Shown here one piece after another: positions 38,930 to 50,980 of a stretch of 64,000 bases of DNA. The DNA lies in contig NC_087436.1 in NCBI RefSeq assembly GCF_036321535.1, positions 55,430,001 to 55,494,000 on the forward strand. Reading direction: 5' to 3'. The notes beneath the pieces are model-generated. The model was given only the letters and a program-made list of their open reading frames with translations. It was not told the DNA's origin and ran no database searches. Position 1 is the stretch's first letter; each line of letters starts with the position of its first letter. The position numbers and the translations under genes are program-made. This DNA is from Camelus dromedarius. Lineage: Eukaryota.

Positions 38930-39200
38930 AAGGACAGTTATGGGTGTCAGAAGGGGCAGCAAAGTCTTCCTAATAAGGTAACATTTGAGCATATACTTTA
39001 AGAAATTTGGGAGAAAATTCTTTGGCTCTCTTGGGGAAGTGGTATAAGGAAGAAGGGCTAAAATTGTCCTATACCAAGTAGGCCAGTGTGGTTGGAGTAG
39101 TGTGAGCAATGGGGTGAGATACACAAAATGAGTTTAGAGGGGTCGCAGGGGTTCAGATCTTGGAGAGCCTGATGGGTCATTGAAATTTATGGGATAGAAG
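38930..39200 (-). mobile_element. L2 fragment that continues at about 40090-40290 after the L1 insertion
   Basis: GGCAGCAAAGTCTTCCTAATAAGGTAACATTTGAGC...GGCCAGTGTGGTTGGAGTAG. Confidence 0.7.
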
Positions 39201-39220
39201 ATTGGCATTATAACACTATA

Positions 39221-40070
39221 TTTTATTTTTTTAGTTTAACAATGAATACATAGATTTTTTCATTTTGCACCTTTTTATAGTTTTGTGTCTGCTTTACTCT
39301 GGGGCGATTTGGAATATGGTGTTCCTTTTGTAGTCACTTTGGGTTTTTTCACTTTTTTTAATGAATAAAATAGTCTTTAAATTCTGTAGTGCTTTACAAT
39401 GTTCAAAGGTTTCACACATGTGATTTTATACAAACCCTAATAACCCTTTTCTCCCCTACCCCTATATTGCCCCTCCCCTTCCCTCTCCCCACTAGTGACT
39501 ACTGGTTTGTTCTCTGTATCTGTGAGTCTGTTTCTTTTTTGTTTTATTCACTAGTTTATTGTATTTTTTAGATTCCGCATAAGTAATATCATATTTGTCT
39601 TTCTCTGTCTGACTGATTTCACTCAGCATAATGCCCTCTAAGTCTATCCATGTTGCTGCAAATGGCAAAATTTTATTATTTTTTATGGCTGAGTAAGTAT
39701 TTCATTTTATTTTATATTTATATATATATATATATAAACACCAATTCTTTATCCATTCATCTATCATGGACACTGAAGTTACTTCTGTATCTTGGTCATT
39801 GTAAATAATGCTGCTATGACTATGTTTCTTTTTGAATTAGTGTTTTTGTTTTGGGGGGATATATACTCAGGAGTAGAATTGCTGGATCATGGAGTAGTTC
39901 TATTTTCAGTGTTTTGAGAAACCTTCCATACTGTTTCCTGTAGTGGCTGCACCAATTTACATACCCACTACCAGTGTAGGAAGGTTTCCTTTTCTCCACA
40001 GCCTCACCAGTATTTGTTATTTGTGTTCTTTTTAATGATGGTCACTCTGATTGGTGTGAGGTGCTATCTC
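39221..40070 (-). mobile_element. 5'-truncated cetartiodactyl-type L1 with TSD and extra 3' segment
   Basis: TSD ATTGGCAT(T/G)ATAACACTATA at 39201-39220 and 40071-40090 (19/20 identical). L1 ORF2 end and 3' UTR span about 39353-40070. T-tracts lie at 39353-39359 and 39221-39232. Confidence 0.9.
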
Positions 40071-41107
40071 ATTGGCATGATAACACTATAGTTTAAAATA
40101 ATCTCCCTGGCTGTTGTTCGGAGAAGAGACAGTTTGCAGACCATTTCAGAGATTATTGCAGTATTTCAAGAGAGAAAATGGTAGTTTGGACTACGGAAAT
40201 GGTGAAAGAGACGGCAAGAAGAGGTCACAGTCATATATTTGGAAAGTTAATGAACGAGAAAAATCAAAGATGCAAATTCAAAGGAAATACACAGTCCAAT
40301 CAGTTTTAAAGTTAGCATATTAGAAAAAAGAGTGTTTCTGGCCTCTTCATGACCACCACATTAGTGAATTTGCTTTATCATTAAATCTACTTGAGATTAT
40401 TTGATATTTTTAATATCTCCTCCTCAGTACAGTTTTCTGTTGGGGTGGTAGTGGTCTGTTTGGTTTTTGTCCTTTTCTTTAAAGCAAATCCTTATGAATA
40501 GTACTTGATTGTTATTATACATGATTACATAGCTGGAACAACTTATGTGATTTAACCAAATGTTATTAAGAAATAAAGGAAATCAAATTACCACTGGAAA
40601 GTATATGAGTTTAATAAAGAATTATGTGCATTTCTGATAACTTTTTAAAATATAAATAGGATAACTAGCTTCCAAAGAAACTGACATGAACTCAACATGA
40701 CAATCTAACCTTTTTCCTTTAGTCTCTCAGGTTAGCTAGTGTGGGTAGATAAATTGGATGGCAGTAGGGCTCTTCTTCCTGCACCTGCTTTAACTTAGAC
40801 TTTTCTTTGTGTCCTTTTTCTCTTCCTTTTTTTTTTTTTTTTTTTTCTCTTTATTTCTGCCTCCATACTTTAGCGATCATCAAATGTCAAAGGGTTAAGA
40901 AGTGTCAAGATTTTGGGCAAGTGAAATAAAGGTAGACACAAGCTGGGACCAAAAAGATCAGAAATATATTTGAGTCAGGGACCTAAACTAGAAATGTGTA
41001 TTAACAAATACTCAAGTGACGGTTAAGTCAGATAACATAGGTCAGGGAATGTAAGTGAGAAAGAAAACACAGAAACAAGAGTAGAGCCCAAGCAGAGGCC
41101 CTGCGTA

Positions 41108-41172
41108 CATTGCTTCCCTTGTATCCATCATTGCTTCCTTTGTATCCATCATTGCTTCCCTTGTATCCATCA
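41108..41172. repeat. Minisatellite, 3 x 21 bp CATTGCTTCC(C/T)TTGTATCCAT
   Basis: Units at 41108, 41129 and 41150, with a single mismatch. Confidence 0.97.
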
Positions 41173-43589
41173 CCCAACACCTGGTCAGCACTGAAACGAA
41201 AATCCTTAGAACTCTTTTTGGTTTCCAACAATATTATAAATTCCTAAAAGAGTATAAAGAAGTAATGATGATCACATGTTAAAACTCCTGCAGTTGGCTT
41301 AGGGCTATTAGAGAAGCACAAACAGATTTAAAAATCCACTGCAGGAATAATACACAAAGGTTTCCTACATCTGTTTACTGAACTGTACCTTGAACCTTGA
41401 TACGGTGTCTGTCTTGGGGATGTCATCCATGGTGTCATAGATGTCATCAAAGTGCTTTTACTCCATGGGAGAAATCTGCTCATATCTTATCAGCAAAAAA
41501 AAGGAAAAAAGTTATTTATCTGAGAAACTAAGAGTGTTACATTGATTGTTTCTTGCTTTGCTTTGACATTTAAAAAATTCAAAGCCAAATTGTTTTGTCA
41601 TTTGATGGCACATAAGAGGTCTTAATGACATTAATTTTAGTATGTTTATCCTGCCTTTATTATTATAATATTTTTTTCTTCAATTATATACATTTTTGAG
41701 CTTCAATTTCTTCAATGTGTCTCTGGAATAAGCTGAAAATAAATTAGCAAATCATTGTTTAAAAGTTTATTACAGGTGTATTTTAGAGTTCTACCAATAA
41801 GATATGATCACCTGTTCCTCTCTTCCTTTTAGCACATAAACTCTGAGTGCTTTTCCCTTCAAAGAGATAGAATATTTATTGGCATAGATAACTGAGAATA
41901 ATATGTAATTCTGAACTGAGTCTAATTTATCAGTTTTTCCATCTTAAATCACCAAAAAGTACAGTGATTTAAGTCCAATGCTCACTGTTTTCTCCAAATG
42001 CTTCTCTTTCTGCCCCATTCCAACTCCACTTGCACTATAAATCTCACTCTCTAAGTGCGTGCCCAGATTGAGTGTTCCCACATCTAAGCTTTAGATGACC
42101 TTATTTATCGTAATCTTATCCCACAGCATCTCTGCTAACAAATATAGGTCTCTCCGGTTTTGTCTATGATATAGAGTCATTGTCTTCCTCAAACATCTGT
42201 CAAGTCCCTTTTGTGTTTTAGCACAAACTGCTTTAAAATAACAGTGTCAAAAGGAACACATGGAAAGTTAAGAAGGAAAGAAAGATATTTGAGTTTCTTA
42301 TAACTGGGTGAAGTTTGTGCAGGTGATACTCCAAGAGTAATCACCAGGATTTGGAAGAGTTGCAGCGAGTTCAGGTAGCTCACAGCACTCTCAGTGAAAA
42401 AAGGAAAGGAAGAGGAGGAATGAAAGGGGGAAATACCTGCTGGAGTAAGCTTGAATCAGATCCTGCACTGAGGCACATTACTGTCCGTTTCTGGAGGTTT
42501 GATGATGTGGTTAATAACTTCAGGGGTCAATTCTGACTTCTGGAAACCAAAGTAGTCCTCAAATGATCTAATCAAGTCTTACAGATTTTTTTCTTTCCTT
42601 CAAAGAAAGGTTTACAGTAAAAGTAGGGGTGGTGTGGGAGGAGGGTAGAAGAAACTGATGAATTTGGGGGAAGTCTGAGAGATGTAGGGAGAGAAATCTG
42701 TAATCATCAAATAAATTTTTAAAAATATTCAACCAGATTGATAGAGTGAAGATATTAACAATGATATTCATACCTTGGCTTCACATAATTAGCTTTAAAG
42801 ATAAGGCTTTGATTTAATAACATTAGTCATTTCCTTTCTTCTGAAGTTGCGGGAATTAGCTACAAATTCAATTTTTTTTAAAAAAGTGAATAGTAAAAGT
42901 GGTCATTTTTCTGAACATAGCATTTTATACTGTCCATTAAAGATGTAAGATTAACTATAAAGAAACGCCGTTGGCACAGGCAATGAAAAGATACAGTCCT
43001 ATTAACAGATTGCAATTATTTTAAACCTTTTCATGAAGATTTTACATGTTGACAAAGCAGTAATTATTGAAGCTATGTGTACAAGGTGAAGTGCGTATGG
43101 AGTGGGACCAGTTAGAAAGAAGTTCAGGTGTGCACGCTATGAGGTGTTGAATTGTGCATATCAGGCAGGTCATGGTGATACACGCTTGTGTTTCCAAAGC
43201 ATAGCTGCCTCTCATTTGGATGCTAAACTGGATGCTTTCTGTCTCCTGGGTTGCTTTGTCCCTTGCAATGTAACATTAATTCTATTCTTCACTATATTAA
43301 GTAGGATTTGTAGAAAGACATAAAAACAAAGGAGAATTTCTGTTTTCTTTTATATAAGCAAGATGCCCACTGGCTTCAATTTCTTTTCTTTCTTTCTTTC
43401 CTTTTTTTTTTTTTTTTTTTTTTACCATAAATCAATTCAACTGTTGAATCTCTAAGGTATAGCATAACATCAAAGCTAAAATGATTGCAAGAAAATATAC
43501 AAACATTCTGAATGCATGTTAACTGGAGTGTCCGTTAACTTCTAACCAGCTCATTTCTTGCTTTGTTTTTCTACCTCTGCAGGATCAAT

Positions 43590-43840
43590 AGAGGGTAGAG
43601 TTTAAGAGCTCTGTCTCTGGAGCCAGATGGCTTGTATTTAAATCCCAGCCCCAACACTTAACTAGTTGAGTGCACTGAGGTACACTATGCCTCACTTTCC
43701 TCCTCTGTAAAATAGAAAGATAAAAAGAGCACCATATTATGGTTTCCCTGTTGTTATAGAGATCTTGTAATGCTCTCTAAACACTTGGAAAGATGCTTGG
43801 ATGATAACCTACACTGTTTAAATGTTTACTATTGCTATTG
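43590..43840 (+). mobile_element. MIR SINE
   Basis: TTAAGAGCTCTGTCTCTGGAGCCAGATGGCTTG...AAATCCCAGC...GCCTCACTTTCCTCCTCTGTAAAATAG. Confidence 0.85.
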
Positions 43841-44119
43841 CTTTCTGCCAGTATTTATATGAATTTGGAATGAAAATAGTTATGTGATCGGTCTTCTCAC
43901 CATCAATCTATAGCATCCGTGTTTAAGAATAAAAATAACTATGGACCTCTCTAAATTAAAGAAAACACAACTGAAATTGGGAGAGAAGCCTTCATTTCTT
44001 TGAGAAAACCTCAGTAGTACATTAAGTACATCAATCTTTATATAACTAAGTAAATAAACCAGACAGTAAATATAGAAAATCAGAAGAAAGCATGCTTAAA
44101 TAGAGATAAAGCTGTTGTT

Positions 44120-44203
44120 GTTTTTTTAATGGAAGTGCCAGGGATTGAACCCAGGCTCGTACGTGCTAAGCACTTGGTCTACCACTGAGCTATACACCCC
44201 TCC
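44120..44203 (-). mobile_element. Second tRNA-Ala-derived SINE (Vic-1-like)
   Basis: The reverse strand reads GGAGGGGTGTATAGCTCAGTGGTAGACCAAGTGCTTAGCACGTACGAGCCTGGGTTCAATCCCTGGCACTTCC-poly(A). Degenerate TSD AAAGCTGTTGTT / AAACCTGTTATT (10/12). Confidence 0.9.
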
Positions 44204-44574
44204 AAACCTGTTATTTTTAAAATAATACGTTGCTCATTATTTTAATGAGCTATGAGAGTTTAAGGCTTTAAATGACTTGAGTTCAGATTATACATTTAGT
44301 ATCATTTTTATAAAGAACAAGGTTAAATATCCTGGCCAGGGTATTAGTTCATCTAATTTTGATTTATTTTGTTTAATGTGGTCATAATGATGTAACACTA
44401 TATTTCCCATTGTATTTTTTACATGTTTTCCACAACATTATGTAGCCAACATTTTGTTTTTAGTATATTAAAAAACCTCACACACGACTGTAGAAATAGT
44501 CCATTAAATTATATTTAATATTTCACAGAAGTAGTTATCTGAGAATATCATTTATTAATTTATTGAGTGTTCCA

Positions 44575-45165
44575 ATTCTCAAAAATGTGTAATAAACCAC
44601 CCAAATATAGCAGTATCACAGAAATGGATTCTGTCAGTCAGGAGTTCTACAAAGGCTCAGTGAGTTGGCTTATTTCTAGTCCACAGTGTTTGGGACCTTA
44701 GCAGCACACTGAAACATCTGGAGATGCCCAGTGTCTTCGATAACTGGGAACCGGTGTTTTCTGGAGGCTTTTTCACTAACACGTCAGACGCCTGTGCTGT
44801 GATAACTTGGAGGCCTGCTCAGCTGGGACTGTTGGCCGTAATGCCTACCCAACCCCCATGTGGTTGAGGTTTCTCAAAGCATGCCAGGGGAATTCTGGGA
44901 GGAAGCATCCCAAGAGGAAACGATGAGCATTCCAAAAGATTGAGGCAGGAGCTGCAAGACTTCCTCTGACCTAGCCTTGGAAAGCATGAAGCATCACTTC
45001 CACTACATTCTACTGATACAGTTGAGTTAGGAAGGCCACACCAGATGCAAGGGGAAGGCGGTTGGAGTTTGCCACCTGATGGGGAGTGGCAAAGTCACAT
45101 GGAAGAAGAACCTGTGTGCTTGTTGATATTGGCGAAGCCATCTTTGGACAAACAGACCTGCTACG
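44575..45165 (-). mobile_element. MaLR LTR (MLT1G/H-like)
   Basis: TGTGTAATAAACCACCCAAA...GATTCTGTCAGTCAGGAGTTC...CATCACTTCCACTACATTCTA...GCCATCTTTGGA. Confidence 0.8.
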
Positions 45166-46599
45166 GAGACTGTGTGACATGTAGGATTATTAGGTCAGTT
45201 TTAGGTTAAGTATTGCCTACAGAAATCTAAAATAGGCACACAAAAATCACAAGCTTAATAAATAAAAAGCAATTCACTCTTTATCTCCAAGAGAAAACAT
45301 CTTCAAAAGGCTTCTCTTAAGAACTCCTCAAAGTTATAAAACTTAAGGTTCGTTCATGACTTAATAATTGTAAGTGATATCACTAAAACGGAAGCCTCCT
45401 GCAAAAATATTTTAAGTGCAGTAAACATTGCTAAAACTATGAATTCAGCTGTATTTTATAAACCATTTCAATGTGCAAAAATATTACCATATATGAATTA
45501 TGATTATTTCCAAGTCACTTCTGTTTAAATGAGCATGATAATATCAGTGCTCTCTGGAAACTTAAATTATATTGGGGGGGTAGATTTATAAACAGATAAA
45601 TGTAATACAGAGCCAGAAATTCTTAAGTATGTCATGTAAGTACGTTGAGAGGAAGGAAAAATGGAAAATCAGCAAACAACTCTGACAAAAACTCATATAT
45701 TAATAGCTACAAAAGTCTTCAGTATTTTTCATCAGCCTAAGTCAGTTATATGTAAATATACATTCATATAGGATATGAACTTATACTTCAGTGTCACAGA
45801 TAAAATGGATGATACTGGGTAAAAATCATAATTTTTTTTTCTTTTTAGAAAGACAAGTACTGAATAGCAATTTTGTGTGTGATTTTAATCATTTTAAATT
45901 AGAATAAAGAAATCAAACTATTTTTACTATGTTTTTAAGTGTTTGCTTACTAGTTGCTGAGGATATAAAGATGAAGGATGTCTTATTTTATATGAGAGAA
46001 ATCAAGTAATTTGCTATGTTTAGCAGAGATTAAAAACAAAATCTAAATGAGCATTGGCCAAACCCTTCCACTTTTCATATGTGTTTTAATTCATCCTTGC
46101 AGCTAATAGCCAAAAGTAAGATTCCTAAAAGAAGGAAAAAAAAAATGCAAGATAAATATTTTCTCTTTTTTTTAAGTTTATTTTTTATGTTTCTGAAGTA
46201 CAGGCATTCCTGAGATAATCTCCAAACAGCCATGTTCTGTTGATAACATTTGAACAATGTCTACAATCTCAGTCCAGTGTTGATATCTCCAATATTGATT
46301 CATTAAAAAAAAATAATATAATCTCAATTGTTACCTTCCTATCCTATGGCACAATAAAATTGTGTATTCAAGATAGACTCTGGGGAAAACAAAACAAAAC
46401 CTCAGGCCAACTTTGTTTTAATTCTTCCCAATGAAGGCACTCTAAGAGCATTGACATATTTTTTTCTTAATTGTTTTTTATGTAATCCATTTATAATCAT
46501 TAATCTTCTCTGGATATATTTCACAAGATTTTCTCTTAAAAGTAGTAAATGGATCTTGGTGTCTAATATGGGTGTTAATGATTGACTGATACATTGTAA

Positions 46600-47010
46600 T
46601 CCTGGAAAGGACTCTCCCAGGGCTGTCTCATTAACCAGATGACCTCCAGACATTGTCAGTGCAATCCAGCCGAGTTGATTGATCACCAGAGAACAGAGGT
46701 TAGTGACTCTCCCCCAGGTATTAATGTATAGCATCTTCACTTACCCGCCTTCTCAGGCTTTTCCAGTAAAAGATTGATTTATTATGCAGCTTCAGTGTGG
46801 ATTTGTCAAACTCTTAATCAAGGAATCCTGTATTGCCACAAGTAAATCAATGGCACTTTCTGGTAAAATGACTTTTATGGCACGTGGACACATTACTCGG
46901 TGTGCAGGTACTGTTCTGTAACAGCAAAATACGTCCAGATATCAGTGAAGCAGAGATGGACCAACGGAAAGAAAAAACAACACTTCCATTCCCTGACAGA
47001 TGCTGTTGTA
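46600..47010. promoter_or_regulatory. Candidate developmental enhancer (PBX-HOX/MEIS motif cluster)
   Basis: TGATTGAT 46676, TGATTTAT 46775, GTAAATCA 46842, TTTTATGG 46873, CACGTG 46881 and TGACAG 46994, all in repeat-free DNA. Confidence 0.45.
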
Positions 47011-47516
47011 AAGTGAAATGCTTTTTCTGTTGTTTCCCGGAATAAATCAACACAATTCAAAGCTCTGGGACTTGGTAAAAGGAAGCACAGAAGGCAGAGG
47101 TGAAATGGCTAAGGAAGAAATATACTTTAAAGACTGGACATTTGAGATATATATAAAGAAAATGATGGGGAAAGAAATCTTAAAGCCTGACTGTTTTGAC
47201 TTCCTGTCCTGTTTAAATGTCCCCTGAGATGGAGCAAGTAGCAGGTGCTTTGCTGATTTCATGACATATATTATGATGGGGGTTTAATAATCGATATTAT
47301 GACAAGGACGAGAATTCCTATTCTTTGCCAAACTGTAAACTAAATAATGTGGATTTTTAAGAATGTTAATAGTGCAAACTAAAGACACCAAAGTCTCCCT
47401 ACCAAACAAAATATGTAAACAAACAAGCCAAAATTTCTTCTTTCTGCTCTTTATGTCTCAGAGTATATTCCTCACCCCTAAAAGTAATTTTTAAAAAATG
47501 AGCAAACTGTAGTCTC

Positions 47517-47979
47517 TGGTATGGGCTGAATTGTACTCTGCAAAAGATCTGTTGAAGTCCTAACCTCCAATAACTCAAAATGTGTCCTTATCTGGAAATA
47601 CAGTCTTTGCAGATTTAACTAACCTAAGATAAGGTAATGATGGTAGACCCTAATCCAACATGACTGATGTCCTTATGAAAAAGGGAAATTTAAACAGACA
47701 CACATAGAGGGAAGATGACGTAAAGCTGACCATGTGATGATAGAAGCAGAGATTGGACAGATATAGCTATGGCCGGGGAATGCCAAGGATTGTCAGCCAC
47801 TATCAGAAGTTAGGAAGAAGCAAGGAAAGATTCTCTCCAGAGTTTCAGAGGGAGCTTGGCTCTGCCGACACCTTGATTTCAGACTTCTAGCCTCCAGAAC
47901 TGTGATACAGTAAATTTTTGTTGTTCAAAGCCATCCAGTTTGTGGTACTTTGTTATGACAGCCCAAGCAAACAAATACC
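47517..47979 (+). mobile_element. Near full-length MaLR solo LTR (MLT1C-like)
   Basis: TGGTATGGGCTGAATTGT...CACCTTGATTTCAGACTTCTAGCCTCCAGAACTGTGA...AGTTTGTGGTACTTTGTTATGACAGCCC...AATAC, with TSD-like GTCTC/CTCTC. Confidence 0.9.
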
Positions 47980-50693
47980 CTCTCTGTGCCTGTGCACAGA
48001 CCAGCCATTGTCCCAGTTAGGGAGACAGCTGACATCTGGACTGACCAGACACATGCAAGTATGAGCTCACAAGGATGGAGCAACGGAGGACTCAGTCTGC
48101 TGAGCCTAGAAGCTTCATGCCCTGGGCAGGGCTGTCTGTGTGTGAGAAACAAATGGATGAAACAAAGACCACATCTTCCTTTATAAGAAGAGAATGGTCC
48201 TACTTCAGTGATGATGTGTATGATGAGGGGGGAGAGAGATGACTCTTCTCTTCAGATATGGTATGATTTTAAATATAGCATTCAAATCCAGTAATTATCT
48301 GAATTCTTTCTTATTTTTAGAACCAAAGCAAAATTTGATGTTATTTCTAAAAGTGTTTCTGATAGCCAGTAACATTGGCAATGAGGATTGCTTCTTCACA
48401 AAGCCAGCAGTCAAATTATTCAAAACCCTATGAGCTTTGTAAGTCACCAGGGAGCACACCAATTGTCATGTGCTTAATATAATGTTTTTACCAGTAATTC
48501 ATTTGTTTCAAGAAATCAAGTATGACAACAAGGCAGGGGAAGCTCAGTGATACTGTAAACTGGTATCCTCACTGCCAAGTTTGTCATTGTCATTATTTTA
48601 TGACAGCCCTGTGCTTCAAGGGCAAAACACTACATCTGAAGTAGAAAGTGCTGTTTTCATTGTGAGGAACATTGCAATGTAGTGCTCCTTTAAAGAAGTC
48701 TGCTGTCTCAGAAGAAGAATTTGTCTTTGAGGAATCACAAGGACATCTGAATTACTAAAGTTTTTCTTTCCTTAAATGTCTCATAAATAGATATGATGAC
48801 CATATGATAAAGTCTCTTGTTGAGATAGCACATGTTAATCAAAATCTCCTACATGTTAACATAGGCTGTATTTAGAGGGTGATCGGCGCTAGCACTTTAT
48901 TGCTCCTAATGAGTCTCTAACAACTGCTGAACGTTCTGTTCTCCAAATCACTAACCTTATACTTATGAATTTATAAGTCTTTTTGCGTCCAAATAGTTTG
49001 AGCCATTGATTTGTATACAACTATATGAATACTTAAAGATCCATCAGAACCAGCTATCAGGCATAAGAGATTTTGTCATGATGCAAATTGAAAACGTCAT
49101 ATTAATATGAGATGTATTTCTTGGGAAAATATAGCCTACTGTGGGAGAAAAAACAAATCAGTATTTTTTAATGACTTACTGCAGACTAACTGAGCATAAA
49201 CATTGCTCTTATCACAACATAAACATTTTTGGGATCAATCATTTTAAAGAAATTCTTACTTCAATCAAAGTGGATTTCAGTGGTTCTCATTTAAAGTTAG
49301 CCAACAATGTCCTTAAATTATCCACCTCAGTTTTAGCTCCACAGAGAAAGCAAGCAATAATGTGAACTTAGACTTTTCACAAAAAAAGTGGAAAGCTTTT
49401 GGATGCATATGAGAGAATTTACTAGAAGAGATTCCCTCTCAAACTTAGAGTCCCTAAAATGACCTTATTGATTTGCCTTGGGACAATCTCCTTCCAACAC
49501 AGGGTTTCATTTCATTGAGTGGATATCCTTTGAAGTCAATTAAACTTGGACATGGCGCTCCCAAGACTGCAGCACTGCTATAGCTGAAGGCAGCAACTGT
49601 TTGACAGGGTGACATGGAAAGCAGACCCCTGACGTGGAGCGCTATTTTCAGCCTTCAAGCGTGTAGGAAATATAAAGTAAGGGTATTTATTTGATATTTA
49701 AAATTAAGCTGTTTCATGGCTTTGGAGAATAAATACACAAATTCAACTGAGCTTTTCTTAACTTTTTGTCAGTTCAGACCGATAGTTCCCCTCTGGTTCC
49801 AGCGCCAGCCCTCTCATAAATGCTTGGCCTTGTCCACAGGAGTGAATATATGAGAGATTCCAGAACAGATGAAAGAAATTTCAGCAACCACAGATACTGG
49901 GAATGCCTAAATGTGGGTCATTGGGGTCCATTTATCAAGATGAGAAACTTCTGTTTGGTTCAGTTATTTGAGAAAATCTTTGAGTGGTACCAGCTTATTC
50001 CCATTTGGCAATTTTATAAATCTAGCAATTAAATGACTAATTCAGAATAGCTTTTGTCACACATTGTCATTATTTTGCTTATATGCTAATATAAGCAACT
50101 TTATTCTAGGAAAGAGAAACTCTTTTTAAACATTCACCTAGGTCCACAAGATGTAATTCATAATTAAATAAGCAATTGAAGATTAGAAAGTGCCCATTTA
50201 GTAATATGAGTTAACTTCCAAATGTAAATTTGTTGAATAAAATATAAAGTAAAAGGCTGAAGGTATTCTTTTAATATGGTCATTGTTCTAAATTTCATAG
50301 GAAATAGAAAAATACTTTCGTTTCCATTTATTTATGAAAAATAGTAGTTAGCTATTTCCTGTGGATGCTACCTTCCCCTTTCCCTCATGAAATGAAAAAT
50401 ATAGAAAACAAATTGCATATTCACTTTGGCTAATGGAGTAACTTTGCTCATACTGTTTCTCTTCCCATAGCTAATGCTCTCTGACATTCTGTACTAAAAT
50501 AAGATTTAAAAGAAAATTTTAAAAATAATTACCTGGGAATCAGAAATCTTAAGACTCTATTAGAGAATAACCCATTAACACGTTGACATATATGATTATG
50601 GAAATAGTTGGTTTTTCTTCTTGCTCATATCAAGTATGAAAATACAGTAAAATTCTCTGGGACATTCAAATGCTTAAAAATGTAAATATAAGA

Positions 50694-50980
50694 TTTTATT
50701 TTATTTTATTTTATATATAGTAGTTTAGTATCTACAAACCTCAAATACTTGATTTATCACTCCTCCCTCCCTTCCCAGCTTGATAACCATACATTTGTTT
50801 TCTACATCTGTGTATAAAATAACAAAGTCCTACTGTTTAGCACAGGGAACTATAGTCAATATCTTGTAATAACCTATAATGATAAAGAATATGAATATAT
50901 ATATGTATAACTAAACGAATATGCTGTACACAGAAACTAACATAACATTGTCAATCAATTCTACTTCAACAAAGAAAAAT
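50694..50980 (+). mobile_element. Short cetartiodactyl-type L1 3' UTR with inverted 5' half
   Basis: 50694-50812 is antisense L1 3' UTR. 50813-50980 is the sense continuation (CCTACTGTTTAGCACAGGGAACTATAGTCAATATCTTGTAATAACC...TACTTCAA, A-rich tail). Confidence 0.85.

Noticed and set aside
41108..41172. CRISPR-like array or repeat protein (DGYKGSN x3)
   Set aside because: The units are contiguous with no spacers, there are no cas genes, and the context is mammalian. The ORF has no other support.
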